In this document: piece by piece, positions 9,179-17,808 of the stretch
How the letters are laid out: every line of letters starts with the position of its first letter
Numbering within the stretch: position 1 is the first letter of the stretch
DNA from: a virus
Lineage: Duplodnaviria > Caudoviricetes
IMG/VR virus record: IMGVR_UViG_3300019360_000011
Span: 1 to 54,593 of that record
Direction: 5' to 3' (one strand)
Length of the DNA stretch: 54,593 nt
Made by a program: the position numbers and the translations under genes
Notes under the pieces: generated by a model
Told to the model about the DNA's origin: nothing
The model's database searches: none
Seen by the model: only the letters and a program-made list of their open reading frames with translations

Positions 9179-9365
9179 TTTGGAGCCGGGCCTCGGACTC
9201 CTAGGCGCTCCGTAGGGCTCCCGGCCGGGGGCCGGTCGGGGGAAGGGCTCGGCCGTAGGGCGCCGGCTCGGCTGGGACGGAGCCGTCCCGATCGCCGCCT
9301 CGGCGGGGGAGCCGCCGCTGCCCGACTATTGGAGCGCACCGCTACTGGTCGGCTGGATGGCTGTC

Positions 9366-10016
9366 TCATGCCGCTCCCCCCCACGCTGTCCGCATCGCGT
9401 CACGCTCTTCTCGCTGACCAGCGAGTCGATCCCAGTACTCTGGCGCTCCGAGGTACGGGGATGGTCCACGGTCGAGTCGCTCGAGGTGCCGCGTGTAGCG
9501 ACTCCTAGCGATGTTGCGTCGTGTCAGCGCGTCGGTAACGTACTGCGGTCGAGCGTCCTCTCGCGTCTTGTGGAGCTCCTCCTCGAGCCTCCAGGCAGCG
9601 AGCCGCATCGCGCAGAGGAGGGGATGACCAGGATGTGCGGCGACGTCGACGGACTCGAGCCACCTCTTGTGAGCCTCCTCGATGGGAGGGAAGGTGACCC
9701 GCCACGTGGCGCTGGTCGGAGGAGACAGAGGATGGAGATTGCTCTCGAAGCTGAACTCTCCTGGCAAGAACTGATGACGGTCAGGAATAAAGTCGAGCGG
9801 CGTCTCGACCACGATCCTCTCTGAGGAGAGCTTGACGACCTCGGTGATGAACACGAACGGGCAGTCGCAGTCCAGGCACCCCTCGCTGACGTATCCCTCC
9901 CCCGCCGTCGTGTCGTCGATCGCGTCTCGACCAGAGAGGTGTCTGGTCATCAGGTGTCGACAGGCCCCACATCGCAACAGGACGTCGTCCTCGTCAAGTA
10001 TCATCTCAGCAGCCAT
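9366..10016 (-). CDS. Hypothetical protein with Cys/His-rich N-terminus
   Basis: Start at MAAEM; CGACRH...H...C..CDC. Confidence 0.55.
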   Translation of the reverse strand: MAAEMILDEDDVLLRCGACRHLMTRHLSGRDAIDDTTAGEGYVSEGCLDCDCPFVFITEVVKLSSERIVVETPLDFIPDRHQFLPGEFSFESNLHPLSPPTSATWRVTFPPIEEAHKRWLESVDVAAHPGHPLLCAMRLAAWRLEEELHKTREDARPQYVTDALTRRNIARSRYTRHLERLDRGPSPYLGAPEYWDRLAGQREERDAMRTAWGGAA

Positions 10017-10054
10017 CGCTCTCGCGTTCCTCTCGTGGCAGGCGGGTCCAGTAG

Positions 10055-10383
10055 TCACGCGCCCTGTGCCCGGCTGGGGCATATGCGCTCATGCACGATT
10101 GGGAAATCGTCCCCGTGGGCCGCGTCGCCGTCTCGCAGGATCTCGTGGTGGTACATCCTGAAGTGGCACATCTCGTGGCGGGCGATGTAAGACTCGTCCT
10201 GCCTGCCGCAGCGAGAGACGTCGACGTTCACGATAAGGCGCGTCCGAAGCTGCCCGGCGATCGGGCGAGCGACCGCCTGAGCACACCGGTCGCTGACGAA
10301 GGAGGCTGGCTCGATCGTAGGGGTGTCCATCCCCATCACCCTGCCCAGAAGCGCAGGGCGACAGCGAGACGGTCGAGGCTCAA
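10055..10383 (-). CDS. Small SprT-like HExxH metallopeptidase, probably frameshifted near 10340
   Basis: IARHEMCH...HGDDF; upstream TTG ORF MSLDRLAVALRFWAG joins by a one-base shift. Confidence 0.5.
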
Positions 10384-10631
10384 CTGATCTTCTCGATTAG
10401 AGCCGTGAGCTCGGCGATCATGAGGCGCAGCTCTTCGGGGCCTCCGATCACCCACTGGTCGCAGGAGTGCGGGAGGTAGGCGCACGGGACCGGTGTCGGT
10501 CGGCCCTCCTCGTCCATCACCGCATACGGTGCGGTAGTGTGCTCTGGGTCATGGAAACACACTTCACCGTTGTCTGCCTCGGCGCAGACGCCTGGGACGT
10601 ACAGCTTCGCGTCGTCCTTCTCGTAGCTCAT
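10380..10631 (-). CDS. Hypothetical protein
   Basis: ATG 10631 with GGAG RBS; same strand as operon. Confidence 0.55.
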   Translation of the reverse strand: MSYEKDDAKLYVPGVCAEADNGEVCFHDPEHTTAPYAVMDEEGRPTPVPCAYLPHSCDQWVIGGPEELRLMIAELTALIEKIS

Positions 10632-10648
10632 GGCTCCACCCTTTCGTC

Positions 10649-10855
10649 TTAGACGATGAACCATCCTCCTCGGAAGTCGAGACGCCCCTCGCGGACGGCG
10701 TCCTGGATCCCCTGAGGTACCGGCTCACCCGGGCACTCCGTCGTGAGGGTCCTCTCGGCACCACCGCAGATGGCGCAGCAGAAGAGACCGCCGTCGCAGG
10801 TCGGGCAGCTGTCGAGCTGGCAGTCGACGTGTCGAACGCGGACGTGCTCTCTCAC
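10649..10855 (-). CDS. Cys-rich hypothetical protein
   Basis: CPTCDGGLFCCAICGGAE..LTTECPG; GTGA overlap. Confidence 0.55.
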   Translation of the reverse strand: MREHVRVRHVDCQLDSCPTCDGGLFCCAICGGAERTLTTECPGEPVPQGIQDAVREGRLDFRGGWFIV

Positions 10856-11013
10856 GACGTGACCTCTTTGAGTCGACCCATCTTCTGCTCGCACCTGCCT
10901 GGTCCGTGCTGGGCCCACATGTACGTGATCTTGCCGATCTCGTCGCGATAGGCGATGGGACGCCCGCAGCGCTCACAGTAGTCGATCGGCTTCTGCTTAG
11001 TGACCTTCATCAT
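10852..11013 (-). CDS. Small zinc-binding hypothetical protein
   Basis: CERCG...H...C; ATGA overlap. Confidence 0.5.
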   Translation of the reverse strand: MMKVTKQKPIDYCERCGRPIAYRDEIGKITYMWAQHGPGRCEQKMGRLKEVTS

Positions 11014-11162
11014 CTTCTCTCGTCCTCTGAACGTGGAAAACCGTAACCAAGGTTGGCCCCGGCCATGAGCGCGCACCAGAAGGCCCAGTAGGCGTGGCCC
11101 TCAGACAGGTCCAAGATGCCGAGAGCGATCCAGACCGCCAGGATCGCCTCTCTTGGTCTCAC
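11010..11162 (-). CDS. Small membrane protein
   Basis: Two hydrophobic segments; GTGA overlap. Confidence 0.45.
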   Translation of the reverse strand: MRPREAILAVWIALGILDLSEGHAYWAFWCALMAGANLGYGFPRSEDERR

Positions 11163-11341
11163 GATACCTTCTTGATCGGGTTCTGCGCGAGAGAGCGGAG
11201 CAGCTTCAACGTGAGGTCTTGGATGTACCCCTGTGCGCTCTCGTGCGTCGGGAAGCCAGCCACGCTCATGCTGCTGTTCCCCTCGGTGTCGAAGACCACC
11301 ACGGCGAAACCGTCGCCGTCCGGCATGATGCTGAACCTCAT
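11159..11341 (-). CDS. Hypothetical protein
   Basis: ATGA overlap and GGAG RBS. Confidence 0.5.
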   Translation of the reverse strand: MRFSIMPDGDGFAVVVFDTEGNSSMSVAGFPTHESAQGYIQDLTLKLLRSLAQNPIKKVS

Positions 11342-11682
11342 GGCTTCTCCTCTCCCTGCTGCCCACAGATACGACGCTCGAAGAGCATCTTGGCCTTCCA
11401 CTCGGCCTCGTTCAGGAGGCTCATGTTGCTCGGGACGTCACAGCCGCCACAGGCCAGCGGCACGATGTGGTCGACGTACCAGCCGCTCGGCTGGGCTTTC
11501 AGTCCGAGCCCACGTAGGAAGAGCCGCTTCCTGGACTCGCTCCTGACGAGCGTGCCGTGCACGTCACGGACGCGGCACGTCACGTCGGGAGTCGCCATCC
11601 CTGCCGGCCAGCGGCGAGCCGGCAGGTTGATGACGCGGAGCTCGAGAGCGGCTTGGAAAAGAAGCGCCGTGGCGGTCAGCAT
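11338..11682 (-). CDS. HNH endonuclease
   Basis: VDHIVPLACGGCDVPSNM. Confidence 0.75.
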   Translation of the reverse strand: MLTATALLFQAALELRVINLPARRWPAGMATPDVTCRVRDVHGTLVRSESRKRLFLRGLGLKAQPSGWYVDHIVPLACGGCDVPSNMSLLNEAEWKAKMLFERRICGQQGEEKP

Positions 11683-11861
11683 ACCAGCTCCTTCTCGGGG
11701 ACGACCTTGATGCCAGTCATGTCGATCCCCTCCTCGTCGATGACGTGGTCGTAGCCAGCCTCGACCAGCTTTCGATGGATCTCATCGAAGGCAGGAGCCG
11801 AGAGCTCCAGCTCCACGACCGTGTATGTCGATCTCACGCGGGGTCGTATCGGTTGAGCCAT
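11676..11861 (-). CDS. Hypothetical protein
   Basis: GGAGG RBS, fills operon gap. Confidence 0.55.
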   Translation of the reverse strand: MAQPIRPRVRSTYTVVELELSAPAFDEIHRKLVEAGYDHVIDEEGIDMTGIKVVPEKELVC

Positions 11862-11862
11862 G

Positions 11863-12519
11863 TCACACCTCCGTCGCGATGCAGGCCTCTCCGCCGGCGT
11901 CGATCAGCGCCTCCAGGTCTTGGTACGGGAGATAGGCTCGACCACCGATGCCCCAGCTCGTGCCCCAGCTGTTCTGGATGAGAGCCAGGCCACGAGCGTC
12001 GTCGTAGCCGATGAGGAGGTAGGCGTGGCCGCCGACCACCCGGCCGGACCGATGGATATCGTTGCCAGCGTCCGGCTTGAGCATCCCCTCGTACCAGTCC
12101 GTCCCGAGGACCAGCGGCCCGACCAGGCCGCAGGCGTCGAGAGCGTCGTTGACGTTGAACGCCCACCGGTACGTCGCGACGACGCTGACCGACTTCTTGA
12201 GGTAGACCGCTCCGCCGCGAACGGTCGTCCCGTCGTACGCCTCGCCGGGGATCCCGTCGACCTTCTGCGCCTCGGCGTAGATCGTGCTGGGCGCGATGGC
12301 GGCACCGCGGACTCGCGGCTCACTGCGAAGGAAGTGCTTCCAGGAGAAGCCGACGCAGTGCGGCTTGGCGCCCTGGTTCAGCCGCTCCGACATCGGCAGG
12401 TACCAGGTCCGGCGCTTCGGGCGGATCGGCGCGCCGAGGAGCGCAGCGTGCGAGCGGACCAGGTAGTCGTGGTCTCTCGGGTCGGGGTTCATGATACGAC
12501 CGAAGCTCGGCTGTCTCAT
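11863..12519 (-). CDS. Papain-like C1 cysteine peptidase
   Basis: NQG..PHCVGF, GGHAY, QNSWG catalytic motifs. Confidence 0.85.
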   Translation of the reverse strand: MRQPSFGRIMNPDPRDHDYLVRSHAALLGAPIRPKRRTWYLPMSERLNQGAKPHCVGFSWKHFLRSEPRVRGAAIAPSTIYAEAQKVDGIPGEAYDGTTVRGGAVYLKKSVSVVATYRWAFNVNDALDACGLVGPLVLGTDWYEGMLKPDAGNDIHRSGRVVGGHAYLLIGYDDARGLALIQNSWGTSWGIGGRAYLPYQDLEALIDAGGEACIATEV

Positions 12520-12531
12520 CTCTCATCCCTC

Positions 12532-12774
12532 CTACTGAACACTCTTGACGTTGGTGCGAGTGACGGTGTAGTTCTCTGTGTTAGCGAGGTTGATTATCGC
12601 GTTAAGGATGATCTCTACTGGGTCTTTGTCCTGAGCTATCGCGTTCAACGCGAGCCAGACCGCGATGCCGTGCAGCATGGGCGCGTCGACCGAGTAGCCG
12701 AGCTCAGAGAGCGCGGCAGTGATGGTGTGCTGCACCGTCTCGAAGCGCTTCTGCTCGGCGTCTGTGAATGGCAT
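12532..12774 (-). CDS. Hypothetical protein
   Basis: AGGAGG RBS. Confidence 0.6.
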   Translation of the reverse strand: MPFTDAEQKRFETVQHTITAALSELGYSVDAPMLHGIAVWLALNAIAQDKDPVEIILNAIINLANTENYTVTRTNVKSVQ

Positions 12775-12793
12775 TGAGTTCGTGCCTCCTATG

Positions 12794-12825
12794 CTGCCCT
12801 CCGGAGATGGAAAACCGGAGGGCAG
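12794..12825. terminator. Hairpin, possible terminator or processing site
   Basis: 11-bp stem CTGCCCTCCGG/CCGGAGGGCAG, 10-nt loop, no U-tract. Confidence 0.4.
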
Positions 12826-12840
12826 AGAACGAGGCGCGGT

Positions 12841-13800
12841 CTAGTTGTGGTGCTTACGAGGACACTCGCATGCTTCACTCTCGACTCGCGTGTCTCTCGA
12901 CTTCTCACGAGTCTCCTGTGTGCATGAGTTGGTCTCGTTCACGACTGTCGTGACGATGCGGGTACGTGAGCAGGACGGAGGCGGGTGGCCCCACCAGCTT
13001 GCAGTGACGTTCGTGGAGCACTCGCCCCACTCACCGTCGGTGACAATCGGTTCGCCGGAGACCCAGGTCGGCTCGGCGCACGCGCTGCGCTTCGTACAGA
13101 GGAACTGCCCTGTCTCCTCGTCGAAGACGCGTATGAAGGGCTGCTGGCTCTCGTCGAGAGGGATCGTGCGCTGATAACCCTCGATGTTGTCGCATAGGTC
13201 GCAGGCTGGGAGCTCGGAAGGAACGGTCGAGGCCCCGTCGGGGATCTCGATCGGGACGACCCGACACTCGGGAGGCGGGATCTTACGAGGAGGCTTCCGG
13301 CACCCGGCGATCTCGAGGTTGCCGACCCCGAAGAGGTACGCGGCCGGACCACCGTTGTTCTCCAGGAGCCCGTTGTCGAGTCGCAGCTCTGCCTCGACGT
13401 AACAGTGGTCGTAGCCGACGTCCACCGTGAGCGTCCCGGTGTCCTTCGGACCGAGTCGGAACGAGCCCGCCTTTCCGATGTGGGTCTGAGGGGTGGAGTT
13501 CTTGTCGAATATTGTCAGCCAGAAGTCTCTGGCGTCTCCCTGAGCGATCTCGTGGTCCCAGGGGTTCTTGGCGACGACCGTGACGCGCGTCCCCTCGACA
13601 GTGAAGGTCACAGCGTGGGTCTTGAACCAGATGCGGTCGTCGTTCGAGATGTCGGACGCGGTCAGCGTGGACGACTGAACAGCGGTGCTGCTGGGCTTGG
13701 AAATCTCTGACGGCAACGTCGGAGACTCGGAACTGCGTGCGCACGCCCAGATCGTCGCGGTCGCGATCGCCAGGACGCTTACGAACCTCTTCAGTCTCAC
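12841..13800 (-). CDS. Putative Cys-rich lipoprotein
   Basis: MRLKR + hydrophobic stretch + IWAC lipobox-like motif; S/P/T linker; WGECS...CSRTR C-terminus. Confidence 0.6.
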   Translation of the reverse strand: MRLKRFVSVLAIATATIWACARSSESPTLPSEISKPSSTAVQSSTLTASDISNDDRIWFKTHAVTFTVEGTRVTVVAKNPWDHEIAQGDARDFWLTIFDKNSTPQTHIGKAGSFRLGPKDTGTLTVDVGYDHCYVEAELRLDNGLLENNGGPAAYLFGVGNLEIAGCRKPPRKIPPPECRVVPIEIPDGASTVPSELPACDLCDNIEGYQRTIPLDESQQPFIRVFDEETGQFLCTKRSACAEPTWVSGEPIVTDGEWGECSTNVTASWWGHPPPSCSRTRIVTTVVNETNSCTQETREKSRDTRVESEACECPRKHHN

Positions 13801-13979
13801 TGGTTCTTCTCCATGTCTACTCCAGGCTTAGCCTCTCCCGCTAGGGCGGCATCGATGATCTTGATCAGACGTACGCAGCGACGATGGACACTCCTACGAA
13901 GAACGGCACGATCGCGAGTGCAGCGACGGTTCGTGGCGATGATGCGCTCGTGAGAGCGCAGGACGCAGAGCTTAGGCAC
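13797..13979 (-). CDS. Hypothetical protein
   Basis: Overlaps both neighbours. Confidence 0.4.
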   Translation of the reverse strand: MPKLCVLRSHERIIATNRRCTRDRAVLRRSVHRRCVRLIKIIDAALAGEAKPGVDMEKNQ

Positions 13980-14235
13980 GTTTCCTCGCGGCGTCCTTGA
14001 AGTACAGCATCTGAGGACGAGTCTCGGTCAGCGGTCGCTTCGGCCGAGACCCGTCGATGATCCTCTGTCTGAGCTCGGCCGTGTAGCGCCGACCGAACTC
14101 GTCGAGGTCGAGAGTCGGATCACCACGGAGTGACGTCTCCTCGACGTGGCGTACATGAGCTGGGTCGACACGGAGGTCGTACCGTGCTCCCAGCATCTCG
14201 TCCACGTGTTCGAACAGCGTCCTTATCGTTCCCAT
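13972..14235 (-). CDS. Hypothetical protein
   Basis: ATG 14235 with GAGGAGG RBS. Confidence 0.55.
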   Translation of the reverse strand: MGTIRTLFEHVDEMLGARYDLRVDPAHVRHVEETSLRGDPTLDLDEFGRRYTAELRQRIIDGSRPKRPLTETRPQMLYFKDAARKRA

Positions 14236-14248
14236 GTGACCTCCTCTG

Positions 14249-14809
14249 TTATTCCGTGAGCTGTGGGAGACCTGACCAGACACCGTCGTACTTGTCTGAC
14301 CGGAACGTACAGAAGTCGAAGATGTCGTCAGGTGACGCGGCGTACGCCGGGACACCAAAGTCGTACCCGGCGGTGCCGTAAGCCTCGGCGACGAGTCGGC
14401 TGCAGACGGCACGATGGCTAGGCCCAGCGAAGAGCCGTCGTGCGACGTTCTTGCCGGCGAATAGCTTCGTGTCCGTGAGCTGCGCGAAGAGCTGTGGGTA
14501 CCCGTATCGCTCTCCGATGCGACGGTAGGCTGCGTTCACGATCGTGGACAAGACGGTCTCGGAGATGTTCTTGGGACGAAAGGCGTAGCACATGTCTCGA
14601 GAGTGGAAATCGCTGAGAGCCCCATACCGAACCACGCTGTCTGACTCCACGATCCGCGCGAAGGCAGGGTGGCCGCCGCTGTGAACGATGATCGCGTGGT
14701 TGACGAGCGACCTCTCCTCGCCCGGTGAGGTCTGTCCCCACCGGACGAGTCGCGCGAACCGACTGTTCCCGCTCGAGAGAACGATGTCTCCCGCCTTGAG
14801 GAGCTTCAC
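14249..14809 (-). CDS. Permuted papain-like NlpC/P60 (YiiX/YebB-like) amidase/peptidase
   Basis: LKAGDIVL, NHAII, G.RYG, AVCSRLVAEAY, SPDD; His precedes Cys. Confidence 0.8.
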   Translation of the reverse strand: MKLLKAGDIVLSSGNSRFARLVRWGQTSPGEERSLVNHAIIVHSGGHPAFARIVESDSVVRYGALSDFHSRDMCYAFRPKNISETVLSTIVNAAYRRIGERYGYPQLFAQLTDTKLFAGKNVARRLFAGPSHRAVCSRLVAEAYGTAGYDFGVPAYAASPDDIFDFCTFRSDKYDGVWSGLPQLTE

Positions 14810-15528
14810 ATCTCGGCGGAGGGAGTCGCCTCCGCCTCGGGATCGGTCGCGTAGTCGACTCTCTTCTCCTTCCAGGAGTCGAAGACCTGCTGAGCAAAGT
14901 CGTAGAGCGCCTTGTCCTGGACGAAGCCCGCCTGGCGGACTGACCACCCGAACCAGGTCCCTTCGTCGTTCTTGTTCTGGACCGGGGTGAGCTGGTACAC
15001 GCAGGCGAAGAGCGGCACGGGCTTCATGCGGATCAGGCTGTTCAGCCGCATCGCGGTCTTGATCCCGGTGCTCTTGAAGGAGAGAGCGATCGGCTCCCGT
15101 TCCGGGAGCTTCAAGACCACGTAATCGTAGAACTTCGTGGCTACGGGTTTCACCCGATCTCCGTCGGGACCGTCGGTCCACTGGGCTCGCGGGTCGTTGG
15201 CCGGGACGTTGGCGTCGACGATCTCACGATCCTCTCCGAACTCCACGTGACGGGGCGGGTCGGCTCTCACGATGAGGACGTCGATCGGGGTCTTCCCGTA
15301 GATCTGTCCGGTGAGGTCGTTGAACCCGTCACCGAGCTTCAGGCCGTCGATGTACAGAGGATCGGTCTCGATCATCTGCGGACTGAGGCCCTGAGCGAGG
15401 CTGAGCCGAGGAGGTCTGATGTCGTCTTTCCCGATGTGCTCGGTCCCGCGCGTGTCACCAGACGTGATGAAATCCGGCATCTCCATCATCGACGTCTCGG
15501 TCTTCTTTACCATCTCTTGCTTACCCAT
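14806..15528 (-). CDS. Probable ssDNA-binding protein
   Basis: PRLSLAQGLSPQ, KNDEGTWFGW, acidic C-terminal tail; replication context. Confidence 0.55.
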   Translation of the reverse strand: MGKQEMVKKTETSMMEMPDFITSGDTRGTEHIGKDDIRPPRLSLAQGLSPQMIETDPLYIDGLKLGDGFNDLTGQIYGKTPIDVLIVRADPPRHVEFGEDREIVDANVPANDPRAQWTDGPDGDRVKPVATKFYDYVVLKLPEREPIALSFKSTGIKTAMRLNSLIRMKPVPLFACVYQLTPVQNKNDEGTWFGWSVRQAGFVQDKALYDFAQQVFDSWKEKRVDYATDPEAEATPSAEM

Positions 15529-15532
15529 GACG

Positions 15533-16009
15533 TTACTTCCTCCAGACCGCCTTGTTCTTGAAGAAGACCTCGACGCCAGGCGGTGCGTCGTGTCCTGCCA
15601 AGAGCCGCTCCTTCACGAGCGACTGCGTGGCGCTGGGCCAGAGGTGCATCGCGTGCTCCATGCCTTCTGAGACGCACCACTGACGATAAGCTTCTTTGTC
15701 TGCGATACTCGCGTACGGCTCCGGCTGGAGAGCGACGCTCCCTCCGTCTGCCATGTCCAGCTTCCTGAGACCCTCAGCCTCGTAGCTGTCTTCCATGAGC
15801 TGGACGAGAGCCTCGAGCTCTAGGTTGATCGGAGAGAGGCTCTCCTCGATCTGTTCTTTACTGGCACGAAGCATGGTGTAACGTCGTGCCAGAGCAGCGG
15901 CGGTCTTCTCCTCGATCTCGGCCTTCTTCAGGTCGATACGCGACTGGTAATCGGTCTGCTCACGAGGGAGCCGCGCCAGAGTGTCCATCACCCGATCGTA
16001 CTTGCCCAT
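15533..16009 (-). CDS. Conserved phage replication-region protein (coiled coil)
   Basis: Between helicase and SSB; VKERL..G...PPGV C-terminus. Confidence 0.6.
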   Translation of the reverse strand: MGKYDRVMDTLARLPREQTDYQSRIDLKKAEIEEKTAAALARRYTMLRASKEQIEESLSPINLELEALVQLMEDSYEAEGLRKLDMADGGSVALQPEPYASIADKEAYRQWCVSEGMEHAMHLWPSATQSLVKERLLAGHDAPPGVEVFFKNKAVWRK

Positions 16010-17629
16010 TCAGCGAATCTCCTTGACCCAGTCGCCGACGATCGAGTCGACGAGCTCCCTCTTCTCACGAAGAGACTTCACGACGATGTGGTCAACGGTT
16101 CGTTGACCCGAAGGCCCCTCGGCGATGACGTCGACGTGCTGGACCGGCCGTGTTTGACCGCCCATACGAATGCGTGCCTCGCTCTGGAGCCGATCTCGCA
16201 GGAAGACGCTGTTCGAGACGTACACCGCGAGGCTCGCCGCAGAGCAGTTGATCGACATGGCTCCGGTGCTGACAGTCCCGATAAGGAAGGCTGGGCGACC
16301 CGCTGACGTCGTCTCCGGGTGCAAGAGCCTGAGCGCCTCGGTGCGCTCGACTCTGTTCTGTCCTCCGTAGAGCTTGGCGATGTCGGCTCGGATGAAGCGC
16401 GTGTTACCTAACATGGTGGTAAAGAGACGCTCCAGCTCATGCCGGAAGCGACACCAGATGACCGCCTTGAGGTCAGGCTCTTCCTCTAGACGCTCGGCGA
16501 GCCAGTCGACGACCAGATCGGTCTTCTCACGACCGAGGTCTCGAGGCTCCTCTCGATATTCGGCGATCCCAGAACCACCGCAGACCTTACACTCCACGTC
16601 GTTCATTAGCGGCGTACCGTTGCACCCAGGACACGTCTCCTCGGTCACGAGCCCGGCGAAGAACCCAGAGGTCATCTGAGCGAGCCGTATGAGGCGCACT
16701 CCGGTCTGTGCTGCGGTGAGGACCGTCTGGCTGTCGGCCCAGGTCACGAACTCGTCACGGAGCTCTCGATACTTCGCCCAGGTCTTGTCGCCGAGCGTGG
16801 CCGTGATGGTAATCGGGGGGAGGACCGGCGGGAGCTTCGCTAGGTGCTCAGGGCGACGAAGGACGTACGGAGCGATACGACGCTTGAGCTCCTCGAGGTT
16901 CCTCCAGCGTGAGACCGTGAAGTAGCGTCGTCCAGTCCTGTGGTTCTGGTGCTGCTCAAGGACTCCAAAGCGAGCACGGAAGTGGGTGATGAACGAGACA
17001 CCAAGTATCCCCGGGTCCATGATGAGACACTGGCTGAAGGCATCCTCCGGCGAGTGGTCCAGCGGCGTTCCGTTCAGCAGCCACACCCAGCTGCAGGACT
17101 GGCGTAGGAATAGGCAGGCCCGTGTCTGCTGGCTCTTAGAGCCCTTCACCGCGCTGCTCTCGTCGAGCACGAGAACTGTACGCGGCCCAGCGATCATCTT
17201 GAACTGGATCCGCGTCGGTGACCGATCGGTCTTGTCGTTGTTACGGAGATACTCGTAGTTCGTGACGAACCACTGGAGCGCATCAGGTCCTTTCGGGCCT
17301 CTGACCCAGGTACGGTCCTTCTGGTGCACCACAGTGACGTCGATGGGGACGTCGTCCCAGCTGTGCTTTCTGATCTCTCCGAACTCTGGGTCAGCCCATA
17401 CCGACTTGCCGGCTCCAGTCGTCGCTACGAGGACTCGATCGATCTCCCCACGAGCGTGAAGGACATGAGCCGCATCGATCACCTGTTTCGTCTTCCCCAT
17501 CCTCATCGAGTCGCCGAGCATGAGACAGCCGGGGAGCGTACGGCCACGCTCGGGGTTCACGCGAGACGTGAGCTCCTCGACGCCCTCGATCTGATGAGGC
17601 ATCGGCTCCGTCTTCCATGGAAAAGTCAA
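16010..17629 (-). CDS. SNF2-like SF2 helicase
   Basis: DSMRMGKT, TNYE, LDESS, LNGTP, QSEARIRMGGQ. Confidence 0.9.
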   Translation of the reverse strand: MTFPWKTEPMPHQIEGVEELTSRVNPERGRTLPGCLMLGDSMRMGKTKQVIDAAHVLHARGEIDRVLVATTGAGKSVWADPEFGEIRKHSWDDVPIDVTVVHQKDRTWVRGPKGPDALQWFVTNYEYLRNNDKTDRSPTRIQFKMIAGPRTVLVLDESSAVKGSKSQQTRACLFLRQSCSWVWLLNGTPLDHSPEDAFSQCLIMDPGILGVSFITHFRARFGVLEQHQNHRTGRRYFTVSRWRNLEELKRRIAPYVLRRPEHLAKLPPVLPPITITATLGDKTWAKYRELRDEFVTWADSQTVLTAAQTGVRLIRLAQMTSGFFAGLVTEETCPGCNGTPLMNDVECKVCGGSGIAEYREEPRDLGREKTDLVVDWLAERLEEEPDLKAVIWCRFRHELERLFTTMLGNTRFIRADIAKLYGGQNRVERTEALRLLHPETTSAGRPAFLIGTVSTGAMSINCSAASLAVYVSNSVFLRDRLQSEARIRMGGQTRPVQHVDVIAEGPSGQRTVDHIVVKSLREKRELVDSIVGDWVKEIR

Positions 17630-17808
17630 GACGTCTTCTCCTCGTAGAGCTTCGTGAGGATCGTGCGTTGACGTTCGCTGAGCCTTGATAGGTCACGCGC
17701 TGAGAGGCTCTCGATGAAGTTCTGTTCCCAGTCGGTAAAGCGGACCCGCCCAGCCTCCATGAGGGTCATGAGCTCGCCGAGCTGGTATCGCTCTGTGTCT
17801 CCACTCAT
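17626..17808 (-). CDS. Hypothetical protein
   Basis: TDWEQNFIESL...LSERQ motif common in phage proteins; ATGA overlaps. Confidence 0.6.
   Translation of the reverse strand: MSGDTERYQLGELMTLMEAGRVRFTDWEQNFIESLSARDLSRLSERQRTILTKLYEEKTS

Noticed and set aside
12841-13800. Host assignment from lipoprotein style (Acidobacteriota-like SPT.PS linker)
   Set aside because: Impression only; it needs homology or CRISPR-spacer matches, and only a diderm, GC-rich host is weakly supported
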